A stretch of DNA of 64,000 bases from the NCBI GenBank assembly GCA_010093605.1, contig MU004185.1, positions 1,199,334 through 1,263,333 of the forward strand, read 5' to 3'. A program made the position numbers and the translations under genes. The notes below the pieces were generated by a model. That model saw only the letters and a list, made by a program, of their open reading frames with translations. It searched no databases and was not told where the DNA came from. Shown here piece after piece: positions 63,023-64,000 of the stretch (the stretch's first letter is position 1; the number at the start of each line of letters is the position of its first letter). This DNA is from Lophium mytilinum. Lineage: Eukaryota.

Positions 63023-64000
63023 ATGACCGACTACGCGCAGTACCAGCAACCGCACCATGGCCACGCGCCAGCACATCTCCAGAACTACGGCGGGGCACCA
63101 CAGAACCCTTCGGGCAACGCGTCGATAACCTCGCCAAACCAACAGACGCAGATGCACCCCCAGTATCAACAAACCTCCCCAATACTACCCTCGCAGGGCT
63201 ACAACCAAGGTGGCCCTCCGAATGCGCAACACCAAGCCCACCAGCAGATGGGCTACCCCCAGAGTTATGGCGTCCCTCCCGGGATGCATCAGCAATATGG
63301 GATATCACCGACTCAAGCAGCAGCGATGGCAACTGCGGCTGCTGTAGGGCCAGACTACTACAATCAAGCAGGCCTCGGGGGCCAGCTGGCACAAGATCCG
63401 CGCGCGTCGCCGCGGATGGCTGGGACCCAGATCAAAACAGACGGCCGTGTTGCTCCGCGATCGCCAACCTCAGCCTCAGGCGCCATGAGCGCGGGTGGTA
63501 TGCCCTCTCAAGTTCAGATGCCTCCAGGCCAGGCAATACCGCAGCGGAGGATGAGCACTCAGATCACTAGCCCGGCCATGCAGCACCCGCAGCCCGTGAT
63601 GAATCACGCGGCAAGACCCTCCGTGCCACCCATGTCACAAGCTCCGGCGCAACATCAACAATCACCGGAGCTGGTCGCCGGCGCAGCGGAAGAGGCTCCG
63701 CTATACGTCAACGCGAAACAATTCCATCGCATCCTTAAGCGACGCTTGGCCCGTCAGAAGCTCGAGGACGCGCTCCGCTTGACGTCGAAAGGACGAAAAC
63801 CGTACCTCCACGAGTCACGCCATAATCATGCGATGCGGCGACCTCGTGGTCCCGGTGGTCGCTTTCTGACCGCTGATGAAGTTGCAGCCATGGATGCTGC
63901 CGCTAAGGGAGGGGAGCCCGACGACGTCGGCGACAAGGAGAACCTCAACACTCCTGCCAAAGCCTCACAGGCCCAAGTAAGCTCCGGCTCCAAGCGGAAA
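63023..64000 (+). CDS. hapB: CCAAT-binding complex subunit HapB (NF-YA/Hap2), 3' end beyond the window
   Basis: Open frame from [13 protein letters not shown]-rich, through [23 protein letters not shown]...[26 protein letters not shown]. It is missing from the ORF track because there is no stop within the window. Confidence 0.95.
   Translation, partial: MTDYAQYQQPHHGHAPAHLQNYGGAPQNPSGNASITSPNQQTQMHPQYQQTSPILPSQGYNQGGPPNAQHQAHQQMGYPQSYGVPPGMHQQYGISPTQAAAMATAAAVGPDYYNQAGLGGQLAQDPRASPRMAGTQIKTDGRVAPRSPTSASGAMSAGGMPSQVQMPPGQAIPQRRMSTQITSPAMQHPQPVMNHAARPSVPPMSQAPAQHQQSPELVAGAAEEAPLYVNAKQFHRILKRRLARQKLEDALRLTSKGRKPYLHESRHNHAMRRPRGPGGRFLTADEVAAMDAAAKGGEPDDVGDKENLNTPAKASQAQVSSGSKRK

Noticed and set aside
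60029..63570. Many 60-236 aa ORFs on both strands upstream of and over hapB
   Set aside because: These are expected in GC-rich, stop-poor sequence. They carry no domains, and the real frame is hapB from 63023.
1..64000. tRNA, rRNA or telomeric repeats
   Set aside because: None was recognised by eye. A tRNAscan-SE/Infernal run would be needed to exclude them.

Overview
This is eukaryotic, intron-containing DNA from a filamentous ascomycete (Pezizomycotina-type GT-AG introns with CTRAY branch points, and clear RIP mutation). Core genes are a DHA1 MFS transporter (partial), a DUF2406 protein, Fun30/SMARCAD1, a Dal5/Tna1-type MFS, a SYM1/Mpv17-like gene, MMS19, MTD1, dUTPase, a hexose transporter, an S53 peptidase, a MaoC-like dehydratase and hapB/NF-YA (partial). 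Interleaved with them are non-self-recognition or accessory genes: three HET-domain genes, a NACHT NLR-like gene with an atypical C-terminus, an F-box-like gene and a chromo-like/zinc-finger orphan. A 3.47 kb RIP-destroyed DNA transposon with 218 bp TIRs sits between the third HET gene and hapB. The most notable signals are: (1) an NLR bracketed by an intact HET gene and an 80%-identical decayed HET fragment, next to two mutually inverted 12-mer arrays; (2) a ~2.3 kb region upstream of hapB whose only sense ATGs lie in predicted introns; (3) a 20-aa duplication in Fun30 with only synonymous differences; (4) a hidden three-exon small gene absent from the ORF track. All gene models were built by eye and no database searches were run.
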